The notes: generated by a model from the letters alone, not told the origin. A DNA stretch of 64,000 nt from Oopsacas minuta (GCA_024704765.1 JAKMXF010000099.1:320432-384431); one strand, 5' to 3'; shown: positions 1-12,239, counted from the first letter of the stretch. Numbers and translations: made by a program.

Positions 1-112
1 GAACCAATACTATTTTATGTGATCAATAGTTGGTTTCGATATCATTGACTGATTCATCAAAATAATCGTCTTGATCACAATAACCTTGAAAATGTAGAAA
101 ACAAGATTTGTA

Positions 113-249
113 CAGTCGACTCCCGTTATAAAGAAGAAGAAGGTATCTAAATGCTCATTTATGTTGCAGTATTTCTTTTATATTGTCTCCACTTTATCGA
201 AGTAATTATCGTGTTCACTTGAGCTTCGATATATATCGGGAGTTGACTA
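113..249. mobile_element. Small MITE with pogo/Tigger-like ends
   Basis: TA then CAGTCGACTCCCGTTATA at 113; inverted match TATATCGGGAGTTGACTA ending at 249 (about 3 mismatches); no coding capacity; right TA flank imperfect. Confidence 0.5.
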
Positions 250-1262
250 TATTGCGTATTTAAAATAGAACAATACCTTGTGATACATTAAATTCTTAAC
301 AAATGGTTTACTGATAAATTTACTTTCGTAATATCATCTGTCTTACAACATAGACTGTCTTCTTCACTATTTTCAGCCTTCGCCATTTTTTATTCCAGAG
401 ATATATTGTTGTGTAGGCTACGTTGTCAGCCATTTACAAAGCATTAACCAGAAATGTTAATCTCACTTGAAATATTATTTAAATAATACTTTAAGGGAAT
501 CAAAATGTCTTCGAGATTGCGAATGTTCGAGTTAACGGATGCCATAAGTACTAAAAGTCATATATTTACAAGTACTCAGCGCGTAGTTCGACGCGTAGAT
601 TAGGTACGCCGTAGAAATTAGTGTTATTTACAATGCGAATTCGACTTTTGTTTCTTTACCAATAATTGTTACGAATTTTAGGTATTTTGAATTATTATTC
701 AAACCTTCTATATTTGCTATGCCTACAATTATCTATTACTAGCGTCGCTAACCTGTTACTCTCAGTAGCTAAACCTCTGTTTCACTGAAGGAACGGCTAA
801 GTTCCGCTTGAGGAAAGTCTACACCAGAGGTTGTCAACAAAATTTTGGCCCCTGACTTTTGGTCCGGACCAGAAATACCAAGTTTAACGGTCTGTTTAGA
901 CTCCAGGTCGGCCTCTATCCCGCGCGGTTATATTTCCAGTCTTGCTTAAGATGATTATATTCATGATAATATTTACAACGGACCTTTTGACCTTAGCTCA
1001 GCTCATACTCAGCGAGTACCTAATCTGCGCGCTGAAATTGCTGATATTTTAGCTGTGAATTTGACTTTTGGTTCTTGTCCAACTATATAATTTGAAATGT
1101 TTTATTTGTATAATGATTATTACCATCTGTTATCTTAATTATTATTGTACTAGTTTCTCCCATTGGCACAAGCAGAATTATTTCATAAGGAATAAATGCT
1201 TGAGAATCAAGCTATTCCAATGATAATTATGGAAACAGATGATAATAACCATTGTACAGATA

Positions 1263-2741
1263 CAGTATACCCTCGCTAATCCGAGCACCATTGTTCCGAT
1301 TGCAAAACAATACGTTCGGATAGCGAAATGCGCTGAAACAATACTATAGAATCTGGGAGGACTTTTTTCGAAAGTTGTACAAACGATTGAAAGAGGGTCA
1401 ATACACGTATATACTACGGGCGTTCATTAACTATTCGTTATCACATTGTAATTCAAAATTTTTCTAGCAAAATTGTGTAGTCAGTGATGGAGTTTCTCAA
1501 AGTATTCCTCTTCGTGCTGTAAAACCAATTTCGGCCTTTTTATCCAATTGAATAATACTTTTTTGTAGTCTTCGGTTGGTACACCTTTCATATACTGGAA
1601 ATCGCCGATCCCATCTGAGCTCGAGTCCCGAATTTTCTGCCTGATAGATGTTCCTTTAGCTTTGGAAACAACCAAAAGTCACAGGTAGCTAGATCTGGCG
1701 AGTAGAGAGGGTGATCTAGCACCACAATGTTCATAGCTTCCCATTTTTCTCTAGCCAGCTTTTTCTCGTGCGGTTGGGCGTTATCATGCGATATTCGCAA
1801 TCCACGAGTTCCAGTCATTGGTCATCGATTTTGGTAGAATTTTTCAACCTCTGTTAGACACTCATTGGTATAGAAGGAGCTGTTATTGTTTGGCATTTGG
1901 GGACACAAATCTGGCACACTGGACCATTAGAATCAAAAAATATACAGTACATAACCTTCGGGTCCCGAAAGTCATGTCGAAGGATCATTGGTGGGTCCTG
2001 TCCTTTTGCCACCCATACTTTGTTTGCTTCTTTTGATAAAGTCTCAGAATAACTACCCAAGTCTCGTCACCTGTTACTATCTCAAATAACCTTCTGGAGT
2101 CAGCTCGATCAAACTCAGAGAGCAATTTAGTAGCGCATTGGACCCTCTTTGCTTTCTGGTCCTGAGTTAGTAAATGCGTCACCCATCGAGCACATATCTT
2201 TCGGAATTTGATATTATCATGTACAATCGCTTGAGCAGTTCCCGTTGAGATCCCAACCGCATCAGCTATATCCACAAGCGTGATATGAGGGTTTTTTTCA
2301 AACCCAGATGCCTCAAGGATGTTTTTGTCACTGGCGCTGGATACTGGTCTCCCTATTCTCGCCTCATCTTCAATGGACACTCTGCCTTCACATATGCTCT
2401 CTGCTCAATATTGAAATCGGTACTTTTTGAAGCCATTAAAATGTTACTATTACAACTGTCAGAATATAAATAGGTACAATATTAGAACAAGACATCAGAA
2501 TAAAAAAGCTTTGCATTATTGAATTCACAATGGATGGATTGTTATTAGAAAATTCAGTTTGATCTGGATCGAAATATTCCGACTTACAGAATTTGGAATA
2601 ACGACTACTTATTGAACGCCAGTAGTAGTGTTTGATATTGCTCTGTATAAGAATTAGATATATATCGGTTTTCATGTTTGAAACAATTTTCCAAGGATTT
2701 TATACGCTCTAGGCCCTGTTCGGATTAGCGAGGGCCTGCTG
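1263..2741 (-). mobile_element. Mariner (DD34D) transposon
   Basis: TIRs CAGTATACCCTCGCTAATCCGA (1263) and TCGGATTAGCGAGGGCCTGCTG (to 2741), TA on both flanks, 1479 bp. Confidence 0.9.
1481..2436 (-). pseudogene. Mariner transposase, frameshifted and internally deleted
   Basis: Fragments MASKSTDFNIEQRAYVK, IEDEARIGRP, KICARWV, VTGDETW, HDNAQPH...YSPDLATCDF (34 residues between 2nd and 3rd Asp), EYFEKL* in different frames. Confidence 0.9.
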
Positions 2742-3510
2742 TACACATATTTTTCATTAAATAATTGTGCAAGGGTCAAATTCACAACTTAGATTTCAAC
2801 GATACGAACTGAAGTCTGGCAAAAGGTTGGTTGTGTTTATTATCATGAATATTACCATCTTATGCCAAATATGTGAGACCGTCACTGAAAGATTGTCATC
2901 TCGGAACAGAAGTCAACTGGGCGCGTAAATAAGGCGTTATAGTTGGTATTTCTGGATAGGGCCAAAACTTTGGTGACAACATCTGGTGTAGACTTTTTTT
3001 AAGCAATAATTGGCCGTTCCTTTTCAGTAATCCAGAGAATGCTTTGTTCTTTTGTGATTGTACCATTGAAATTATTGTAATTTTGTTATTCAAGTGAATA
3101 TACTTTGTGACATAGTTGTGGTTTTGCTTCTAAGAGTAACATGCTAGTGAGGCTAGTAATAGTTAATTGTAGGCATAGCAATTATAGAAGGTTTTAACAT
3201 TGCTTCAAAATTTATAAATGACGTAAATAATTATTAATAAAAACAAAAGTCGAATTCACATTGAGAATAACGCTAATTTCCACTGCACACCTAATCTGCG
3301 GGCTTGGTGAGCGCTGAGTACTTTTAAATACTCCTATAAACGGTAGAACGATAGGAGGTTAATATTCGTTCGAGTTAACGGGCATTTGAGTAACGTCAAA
3401 TGCCTGAATATTGGCCTATAGACTTGAGTTCATTAACTCTGGCCCTGGTTCCTAGGGTTTACTTGACAATTATTATTCACTTTCTAATTGTCCCTTGTTG
3501 TTTAGCAAAC

Positions 3511-3912
3511 ATGAATCAAGATTCTATCTTATTACCAAGCAACTGTTACAGTTTTTCAAGTCTCATTTTACCATCAATATTCATTTTTTTAACCCTCGGG
3601 TTTTTAAAACTATATTTTGTGAGAAAAACACTACTCCTTAATATTGTCCAACATCCTCCACCTCTTGACAATGTTCATGAATATATGCTAAACATTACAC
3701 CTCTATGTTCTTCCAGAGGTTGGAAATGTGTGGGGACGCACAATGGTTTTAGACTTTGGTCATCTACCCTACTTTATTCATCTTTGTTCCCTGGAGAAAT
3801 ACTTACTTCTCTTTCCTTTCTTACTCATACATCAGTCAATAATCTTATGAGTATTTTTGTTGATCCGAAGGAAATAATGGAATGGAATTATTTATTTGGT
3901 GTCCCTAATCAG
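3511..3912 (+). CDS. Probable first coding exon of START-domain protein: N-terminal TM anchor plus start of START-like domain 1
   Basis: Within ORF 3400-3954: ATG at 3511, hydrophobic run SFSSLILPSIFIFLTLGFLKLYFV followed by RK, then RGWKCVGTHNGFRLWS...SVNNLMSIFVDPKEIMEWNYLF (START GW motif and D-x-x-x-x-x-W region); donor CAG|GTATCT after 3912, phase 0. Start codon choice is inferred. Confidence 0.65.
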
Positions 3913-3997
3913 GTATCTTATATATTGATCCATATTTGCTTCATATGCTACTAATTATCTGTTGAGATTTTTAATGGTTAGTATGTAGATTTATCAG

Positions 3998-4250
3998 TAC
4001 TTGCCCGCTTCGCTTGCTAGGTCGCTGCGCAACATAGTGTCTCAGGTTGGATTAAGTATTAATCAGAGGAATTCCTAAGTGATTTTGGTCGCTACGCGGC
4101 GGGATAAACTCGGCACTTTTTACCTCAGGTTCATCATCTAGCAAATTTAAGATAAACTCCATGGTCCATCCAAATTACAATCATTGGCCTTCTGTGGTGA
4201 CACTGGAGATGCTTTGCCGCTTTGAATTAGTAATCTCTGTACTTCGTAAT
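3998..4250 (+). repeat. Interspersed ~250-bp repeat family (TACTnGC..CGCTTCGCT head), copy 1
   Basis: Aligns by eye along its length with 59174-59425 and with the reverse complement of 8810-9083 (shared TTAAGTATTAA, TTTTGGTC(G)CTACG, TCCAAATT, TGGCCTTC(T/C)GTGGT, TTAGTAATC). Confidence 0.7.
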
Positions 4251-4476
4251 AAGCTTTGATAAAATGGCTATTGAGGGTGAAACTTTGTCTAGACTATAAT
4301 GGAGAGTGCTTTGAGAAAAATGCGACGATTTAAGTTAATTGAATGAACATAAGTATGCAAGTCTAAAAACTTACGGTAGGGCCCTTGTATTTACATAAAT
4401 CAATATATATTCATGGATTAATTGAGTTTTAATAGTATAGATAAATATATTTATATTTTAGAACGCAATTAATCTA

Positions 4477-4545
4477 TACTAGCGCGCCTCGCTTGCTGGG
4501 TCCTTCCGTTACAGCTTACTACTCCAGGTTGGCTTAAGTATTAAA
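4477..4545 (+). repeat. Truncated copy of the same repeat family
   Basis: TACTAGCGCGCCTCGCTTGCTGGGTC...CAGGTTGGCTTAAGTATTAA matches the head of 3998-4250. Confidence 0.6.
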
Positions 4546-4599
4546 AGATTTCATCGTAGAACTAACTTCTGATGGAAAAGAGCTTACAGTTTATCCTTC

Positions 4600-5284
4600 C
4601 CGACACGAGCTGGAAACACTTATGAACCTGCAAGTTCGATTAAAATCCTTCCTATTGCACCTTTACACTCATACTTACGTATACTTGATTGGTTCCTGAA
4701 AATATTATAGCGGATAGCTGCGTGAAGACGTAACTGGGCTGCTCATGTAAATATTAGGACCAGGCATGAACTGATTACACAACGGATTTTAGAAGTTACG
4801 AATATTCAGTTTGACCAACCTGGGAGGAACTGGGAGCACTAACACCGGTAGTTCAGCTCGTTTGTTTTTTCTGATGATCTCCCTTTGAAAACAGCGGTCT
4901 CCAATATACCTCAAGAAGACGTTGAAAATCTTAAATTTTGTATAGAAATATTTCTGCTCTTCTTCGTGTAACTGAATCCTCTTAGAAGATCAATATTAGC
5001 ACCTTCAAGGCACTATATAGAGAAATATATCTCTTTTGTTAGATCATTGCTCCTGGGTTTCAATAACTCGCACAGGGCATAAATGTATAGCACATGTCTG
5101 TCAATTTGTTGAACTGAATGATAGTCGTGGCCTTCTGAAATTATATGAAGAAGGTTTCGAACAGGCACATAAGCGCATACGCAGGGTTAGTGATTATCTA
5201 TCGAGAAAATCAGATTTTCTTTCAGAAGTGAAATACATAATCTCCCGAATGTACGTAGTAGGAGAGCCAGTACTCAATGAGTAG
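4600..5284 (+). pseudogene. Transib/RAG1-like transposase, C-terminal remnant
   Basis: Manual translation: KILPIAPLHSYLRILDWFLKIL*RI (4645-4720), GTGSTNTGSSARLFF (4828-4872) and ORF 5036-5284 WVSITRTGHKCIAHVCQFVELNDSRGLLKLYEEGFEQAHKRIRR. These match Transib/RAG1 motifs LH, TNxGNxARRFF, HKxLAH and EGxE. Stops and frameshifts present. Confidence 0.75.
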
Positions 5285-5433
5285 TTTCGTTAGTCTCTCA
5301 AATTTATCAAATGTTGAGATTTGGATCATCAACGATGTTGTAAAGTATACTTAAACTGTGACAGTTCAGATATTGATTCTATTGTCAAACACTTGCTAAA
5401 AGTCATTGATTATGTTTAAACAAATGTAGTGAC

Positions 5434-8400
5434 CAGGGTTTCATACAGAGGGAGGGGGGCCCTGGAACCTTCCCCACCCAGGCACAATTATCCTCCCCCA
5501 GAAATCTTGAATTTAAGTAGGTTATTATTGTTTGTCGTGTATTAAACAATAATATTGAACGTGTGACATTACAACAAAGATGCTATGTGTGATACTTCAA
5601 TATATACTAATTATGATCACAAAAATAGGGAGATTAAAATATTGCTATCACTAATAATTATATGCTAAACTATGACTGTATTCGACGATTTTTCTCTTTA
5701 AATACTTTAAGAACTTCATCAAAGTTAACCGAGGATAGTTCTGGCCCTTCAATTGCGATCCTCATTAAATGAGCCAAATTAGCATCATTAAGTCTATTTC
5801 GAAGTCTTGTTTTAATTTGCTTCATATGGCTGAAAGATCTCTCAACTGAAGCTGTTCCTACTGGAAGAACAAGAATTATGTTGAGTAACTTGAATATCTC
5901 TGGAAATATTCAAGTGTAAGCTCCAGATGACTCCATGTGAACTTTGACATCCTGTAGGCTTGGTGTCTTGGTAGTCTCATTTTTTTCCCTGATCAACCTT
6001 GATTCTTGAATCAATGCTCGCTTGAACAAGCGCCATTCAATAGCAATTTCATCTTTGTCAATAAGTGGCGGAGAAGAGAAAGTTACACCATTATGGACAA
6101 CTATAGCTTCATTACCATAAAATTGGGCCAGAACTTCCACTTCTCTTTTACCATAATCTGGTAAAGCTGCTTCTTCTGAATGAAGAGATGCTGGATTGAA
6201 AACAGAGGATGATACAAGGAGATCTACCGCTTCACCCGAGAATCGGTTGCCGATGTTGTGTAGTAAAGCATCGACATAAGGAAGAGCAACCTTGTCACGA
6301 TAATCAGTTAAAGATCCAACACTAGCACCATCCACAAAGCTACGAGCTGAGCGACTCATTGTAATCATCATTCCATGATCGATCTCTAGCTGGTCAACCT
6401 GAGTGAGCATTCTAGAACACCAGTCGGCTTTTTCTTCCTTGAGTTCCTCTAGCGCTTTTATAATGCTTTTAAGAATCAAAGGTAGCCTACTAAAGTCCGC
6501 AGTCTGTCCCTGCATGTAGCAATTAAGCCTAGCAAGGAGATCAAGTACTTCTGATAAAAGAAAAATACTAGCTACTCCGGATATGGAGCTCAAGATAAGA
6601 GAAATTCCATATGCTTCTGCATCTCCTGACGTCTGTTAGAGCTGCTGGAGAGTGATAATAAGAGCAGGAAGATCTTTACGGATTGCACTTAGACACCGCT
6701 CATGGGACAACCACCTCGTACTGCTTGGCTTTACTACCTTCAGCTCAGGTAAATTTAGAACTGACTGAACGACCTTGAGAGCTTCTGCTTTCTTTGGCGA
6801 ATAGTAGAATAGTTTCCACAGGCTGGTCATTGTGCCAAACATTTTGTTGATTACAGTGATGGGCTCAGCAGCTTGAATAGATGCCAGCTGAAGTCGGTGG
6901 CATGCACAGTGTATATAGACTACATGTGCTGATTGTGTTCTAATTCTTCTTTGGACACCATTTGTACAACCAGAGAAAGTTGCTGCCCCATCGTAGCCTT
7001 GCCCAACTAAACGTCTATAGTCGAGATTGTTCACCTCAATGAAAGTTGTGAGAGCTTGTGTGATTGATGCAGCATCTACATCCTTGACATGGAGTATATC
7101 TACAAAGTGTTCTTCTGGATAGCCATCCACAATCCACCTGCAGCAGATTGATAGCTCTTCCTGTGTGAAAATATCCTGACACTCATCTGCTAATATAGAA
7201 AAACACGGGCTTGACCTTAGACTCTGTATTTGCGTTCTTTCAAGCCACGTGTCACGAGCATCCAGAAGCATAACTGCACTGAATTTTGAGGTGTACTGAG
7301 CATTGGAGGCACCATGAGTGAGGTGCTCTTCCAGCAATGCATCTCCATTGGCAACTTGCAAGGCAATTAAATTTAGGTAACAGTGGTGTGAGGAATTTTG
7401 TTTTTTGCTAGGAAATAGATTGACCTCATTAACTTAAGCACGATGCTGCGATTCCTCTCTGCTCTGCATGCAGCCTCTTTTGCAGCAGCAGAACACTGCA
7501 GCTCAAGTACTGATTTGCCGCACTCCACCTGCTTTGACATACCAGCAGTGACTGCTGCATCCCTATGACACCGTGACTCTCCGTATGCTCTCAATAGTTC
7601 AGTAGCATGACTCCAGTCAGTAACTCCCCTGCTTGTCCAAGCGCCCCTTGATCCTGCAGATGGATTGCCCCACTTCTGGCAGATGGTACAGAACACACCT
7701 TTTCTAGGATCTTCGCAAATTACCCAGGATAGATTTTTTCCCACTCATTTTTATATAAAGATTAGCCTTATATTGCTTTCTCTGCTCGCTAGATGACATA
7801 TGATACTTTTCGAATGAGGTGGCGTTGGATCATGCTTGGTAACTTCTGGATTTTGAGAGGAGGATGGCAAACATCTTTCACTTGTTATCTGTGAAAGCTC
7901 TTCAGATGTACATTCATCCATGTCTTGTAGGTTATTGTTCGACCGCTTTCCAGAAATGAATGGCCGGATATCCATACTATAATAGTATACTTCTAAGTAT
8001 ATTAAATATTGAAATAGGTTGGTAAAATAATATTTTGGTGGGTGGTACTATTGATTTTAGGGCTGAAACGCATATTTGATATTCGTTCGTTTGGGTGTGT
8101 TAGCATTATTAACCTGAATTTTCACAATTTAAGAAGAAAAACAAAAACTGATGAAAAAAAATAAATGAAATCCTATGTAATTATTGAATGGGACCATTGA
8201 GTTAGTTAATAACAAACAAATATTCAAATTTCACAAGCTATTAAAAGAAACTTAAAAGATTGTGGTTCTCTAAAAAGGTAGTAAATGACTTTTGAAATCT
8301 CTCGGTGTAACCCTTGAAAATATCTAGTGTACGCTGTACCCCTAGGGATACGCGGGAGACCTATTCTTTCGCAAACTACTGTTTTCCAGTCGCAATTTTT

Positions 8401-8439
8401 TTCTTCCCCCCCCAAATCAAAATCCTGTATGAAACCGTG
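5434..8439 (-). mobile_element. hAT transposon (ZMYM1/ZNF862-like transposase type)
   Basis: TIRs CAGGGTTTCATACAG (5434) and CTGTATGAAACCGTG (to 8439); flanks GTAGTGAC/GGAATGTC (5/8, degenerate TSD); about 3.0 kb. Confidence 0.8.
5670..7975 (-). pseudogene. hAT transposase, frameshifted
   Basis: Four ORF pieces with FSILADECQD, GQGYDGAATFSG, HCACHRLQL, TRWLSH, and C-terminal LPVGTASVERSFSHMKQIKTRLRNRL (hAT dimerisation domain) ending TAG at 5670-5672. Confidence 0.9.
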
Positions 8440-8809
8440 GGAATGTCGCATACTTTAGACATAAGATGCGTCACGCCATTGAAATTTACTCGATAGGTGG
8501 AAGTCTATGATAAATTTCTTAAAGTATCAATTTTTGGCCTTAAATTTTGAATTATATAATTATTTATTGCTGTAGTGAATTGAAATATTTGAGTTTCTCT
8601 GGAGAAAATTTCTTACAAATGTTTCTTTTCAACCAACATCATCAAGGCATATATAATAATAAAAAGTCATTAAAAACAGGTGTTAGGATGAATTGGCTAA
8701 TCAGTACACTCAATTATCCCAATCAAAGATCTACACTCCAAATTATGGTTAAAGGAAATTTGAATTTGAATTATTAATGAGAATATGCTGTTTTTGAGAA
8801 TTTCATAAT

Positions 8810-9083
8810 ACCTGAGGCACAAAGTGCCTATATTACTATCTAAATCCACTTAGCAGCTCCAATACATTGAAGTCCATTAAATGGAATTTAGAGGTATCAT
8901 GAATTTCAAAAAGATATTTTGCCTCAAAAAATTCCCCTCGAGGTGCATAGCGCCGAATATACTGGCCGCGTAGCGACCAAAAGCATCAAAAAGTTTTGAT
9001 ATTTAGTACTCATGCTAACCAGAGGCACTAAGCTAAAGTATACTTCTGCCCGCCTCGTAGTGACCTAGCGAAGCTCGCAAGTA
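8810..9083 (-). repeat. Interspersed repeat family, copy on minus strand
   Basis: Reverse complement begins TACTTGCGAGCTTCGCTAGGTC and contains TTTTGGTCGCTACGCGGC, as in 3998-4250. Confidence 0.65.
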
Positions 9084-9213
9084 TTAGGATAAAATTGTCC
9101 AAAATTTGTAAATTCTAGTTTATTGCCAGAATCCGTATTTGAATACTTTTATTATTTGCCAAAATAATTGAATTTAGTTGACATAAGAATGTTACATTCA
9201 ATGCTAAGTGATA

Positions 9214-9360
9214 TACTGCTTTCGCGCTTCGCTGGTAGCTAGCTGCTCAAAAGCTTTGTGCTTTGCTTAGTTTAAGTACGATACAACTAAATTTCTTATA
9301 GTTTTCGGTAGCTTCGCCATGGGATGTACTTGACACTGGATTCACATAATAGCGGAATTA
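9214..9360 (+). repeat. Diverged partial copy of the same repeat family
   Basis: TACTGCTTTCGCGCTTCGCTGGTAGC...TTTAAGTA...TTTTCGGTAGCTTCGCC; a further head at 11612-11690. Confidence 0.45.
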
Positions 9361-9823
9361 GATTAATTTCTTATCTATGGTTCACCGAAAAGTTGGCTCA
9401 GTCTTGAGTGAGTGACAGTAGTGACCTGGCACATTTTTTGAAATATCCAATAATAAGTTAATACGTCTATTAATGAATATTGTCAAATCAGTATACACTA
9501 TTTATACTATATATCCGCTTTCCCATACCTTTGTAGTACTTTTGTTATAGTATCTCTGAAACAATGATCATCGACGATCATATAGCCAATCCCCAATTAA
9601 ACAAGAGTGATTCTAGGATATGTATATTGATGTTGCCATAATGGAAAATGCCACTTTTTAGATGACTTGTGCTGTTATATATCATGCCAAGCGAGTGTAG
9701 AGAGCGGGCGAAATTATTTCCTAGATAAATACCTCATTATTATTAAAATGGCCAAATTCGGCTAGTTGAAATTGAAATGGTTCAGCAACATATGCCCAAA
9801 CTTGTAAATCGATTTATGTTAAG

Positions 9824-9988
9824 TTGGGGCTGCCAAGAAAAATGACTCCAGCAGATTCGATTTTAACGACTCGTTTACCTGAAAGTGGGTCACTTCCCCA
9901 CACCCCCCGCGAGGTGCTCCCCTATGGATTATTACTACTGGTTTATGACATTGTGTAGCAACGTCAGCAGCTTTGAGTCTGCGTGTGA
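9824..9988 (+). CDS. Candidate exon, frame and strand unresolved (possibly middle of START domain 1)
   Basis: GC-richer island; acceptor TTAAG|9824 gives LGLPRKMTPADSILTTRLPESGSLPHTPRE, loosely alignable to the START WP-x-x-x-RD region; donors GTGAGT (9985) and GTAAGC (9989) lie in other frames; minus strand is also open (9819-10097). Confidence 0.25.
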
Positions 9989-11103
9989 GTAAGCCTTCCA
10001 GTGGCAAGTTGCGAAGTCTTTTAAAGTCTGATATAATCGAATGCTCTTTGCTCATATTCATATTTCTTACTCTATTAATTTCAAAAACCTTTACCAAGCT
10101 GGCAATTCAGCATAGTATCCGTGTGATTTATGTGGAAAGTATATGACTATGTTTACAAACTAAGAAAACGAACTATATTCGCATTCCATTGAACTATTTT
10201 CATGATTTTCTGCTTGCAATTTACCTTACCAGTACTTTCTAATAATTCATCGGTATGATCTTCTCATAATACAATAACAGGGGAATGTATAAGTCGAAAC
10301 TCGGATTTAGTAAAATTTCACCACATTATTATATTAATCTTTATTCTAACTTATGAGTTCCTATATTCATATATCATCAAACCATAAGCGGTAAATATTG
10401 TATATTTTATGAAATCACGCTTAACTGTATGAAAGCAAAATGGTACATAAATTTTGGCTTTTCGAATCGATTTACTATAGAAACATAATTTCTAATATAG
10501 TGGTGCTACCTACATGCCTATTTCCCCAAAATGCCTGTTATTGCCTACTGTGACATGTTATGTCCGTGTTTACTTCTTGTTTTGAGTTTTTTGAGCCTGT
10601 TTTCAGATGGACTTTATCTGTTTCGGGACAATTATTGCTCTGGCGATATTTTATGATTTTAAACAGCTCCCAACAATCATAATCACTAAATAGATCGATG
10701 CGCCGATCCCTTGTGTTGTTTTGCCTTTTAATAGATCTTTTATCCACCTTTAGGTGAGCTTAGCACTTTTTAGAACCCAACGCCACAAACCTTCCCCATC
10801 TTGATATGCTTCCTCATATTCTCATGGATTGTTCAGGATGATATAGTTTGGTAGAACTTTCTCTCATCATGTTCTACTACATTTATATCTCTGTTGATTG
10901 AAGCCTTAGCGTTCCACTTACTTTTCCCCTATCTATCAGATCGTTCATCTCCAATCTATAGCAATACTTACAGTCTTCATTTATACATCATTATTATTAA
11001 GCATATTTATACTTTTAACATTTATCTCGCAATGAATCTATATATATGTGTGTTTGTATACACATGTTAATATGTTCCGAATTATTTTAAGAGTACTTTA
11101 ACA

Positions 11104-11163
11104 CACCAGAGCTCATTTTTGGTATACATGTGTATTATGAGCCTGGCTCGAACACCTTTGAGG
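11104..11163 (-). repeat. Short dispersed repeat with Pol III B-box-like core
   Basis: Minus strand GTTCGAGCCAGGCTCATAATACACATGTATACCAAAAATGAGCTCTGGTGT aligns with the minus strand of 63885-63932 (GTTCGAGTCAGGCTCCAAATACACGTATACCAAATTCAGCCCTGGTGT). Confidence 0.5.
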
Positions 11164-12239
11164 CTTGGAAGATAATTCACACCTATGACTAAATTTTCAC
11201 GTCATTATTACCATTTTCGAATTTCAAAAATCAGATTATATGCTACTGCTCAGCCAATTTATATGATAGATTGTTGAAATTTATGATACCCTACAAAATT
11301 TCCTAACTTCATCATTTGGACAATTGTTTGAAGCTCATCAAAAATGGCTCAATTTCAATCCTAACTTAAGCCCTTTAAATTATTGTCTTGAGTACATCTG
11401 GCCTGTTGCTCTTGGCCCCCACGCTTATCTCTTGTTTTTATGTTTCATTTTTTGTTTTTGTTTTTTCCTTAGAAATTCAATGACGTTTGGTAGACATAAT
11501 TTTCCTATGGTTATATATTCCAAGCGAAAATTGCTGAAACTAAGATGGGTATAGATTATACCATAGCTCTTAATATCACTTTATTAGTATTATGATTGTC
11601 ATCATACCTATTACTCGTGCACTTCGCTTGGCTAGGGCAATGCAATCGCGTACCTGTAGTGCCCATTTTAGTTTCAGTATATAACTGTGGCTTTTCTTCC
11701 CTATGTAATGATATTTCCTTGGTGCCTAGGATTTATAAATAGTTATAGATTTGTCATTTTTTTATCCTTTCACCTCATTAGTTATAATTTGGCATGAGGA
11801 TTATTATTTTCTGCACCTTCGGACAATTTCGAGGTTTTGAACAAGGTTCGCACCTATCACGAAATTATCCGAGAGATTTTTCGAAACATTACTATATTAT
11901 TCACTGATCTGATAAGTCAATAAATTTGATATAATTTTTAATAATTCAGCATAGATACATATTTTCTGACTCACTCACAATCAGTTCATTTATTTATTAT
12001 CACATTTCTTCTTATTTAGACAAACAACACTTGTGTTAATACAAATCAATCTCTTCTTGAAGGATGCTCTACCTTTGATAACAAATTTTCATTCTTTTGT
12101 GGTGGAGTTTACTTTGGAGAAGCTTTTTTCCCATTGACAATCAAATGGAAAAAATTTGAGAATAGTGCTCTGATAGTTTATTCACCTATCCAAACATATT
12201 TATTGTGCTTTTATCGTATTTTTTTCTTCCTCAATACAG

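Larger units (their letters stand above)
571..3322. mobile_element. Non-autonomous long-TIR (foldback/Mutator-like) element
   Basis: 571-~985 is a diverged reverse complement of ~2823-3322 (e.g. AGTACTCAGCG/CGCTGAGTACT ends; AAAGTCTACACCAGA(G/T)GTTGTCA; AAGATG(A/G)T(T/A)ATATTCATGATAATA). The centre holds a mariner insertion. No clear TSD. Confidence 0.7.

Noticed and set aside
5354-5360. AACTGTG as an RSS-like heptamer ending the Transib relic
   Set aside because: One mismatch, no nonamer at 12 or 23 bp, no partner end or 5-bp TSD.
11780-11920. YPRDF motif as the missing START 1 middle exon
   Set aside because: No phase-0 acceptor and a stop occurs before any donor in that frame.
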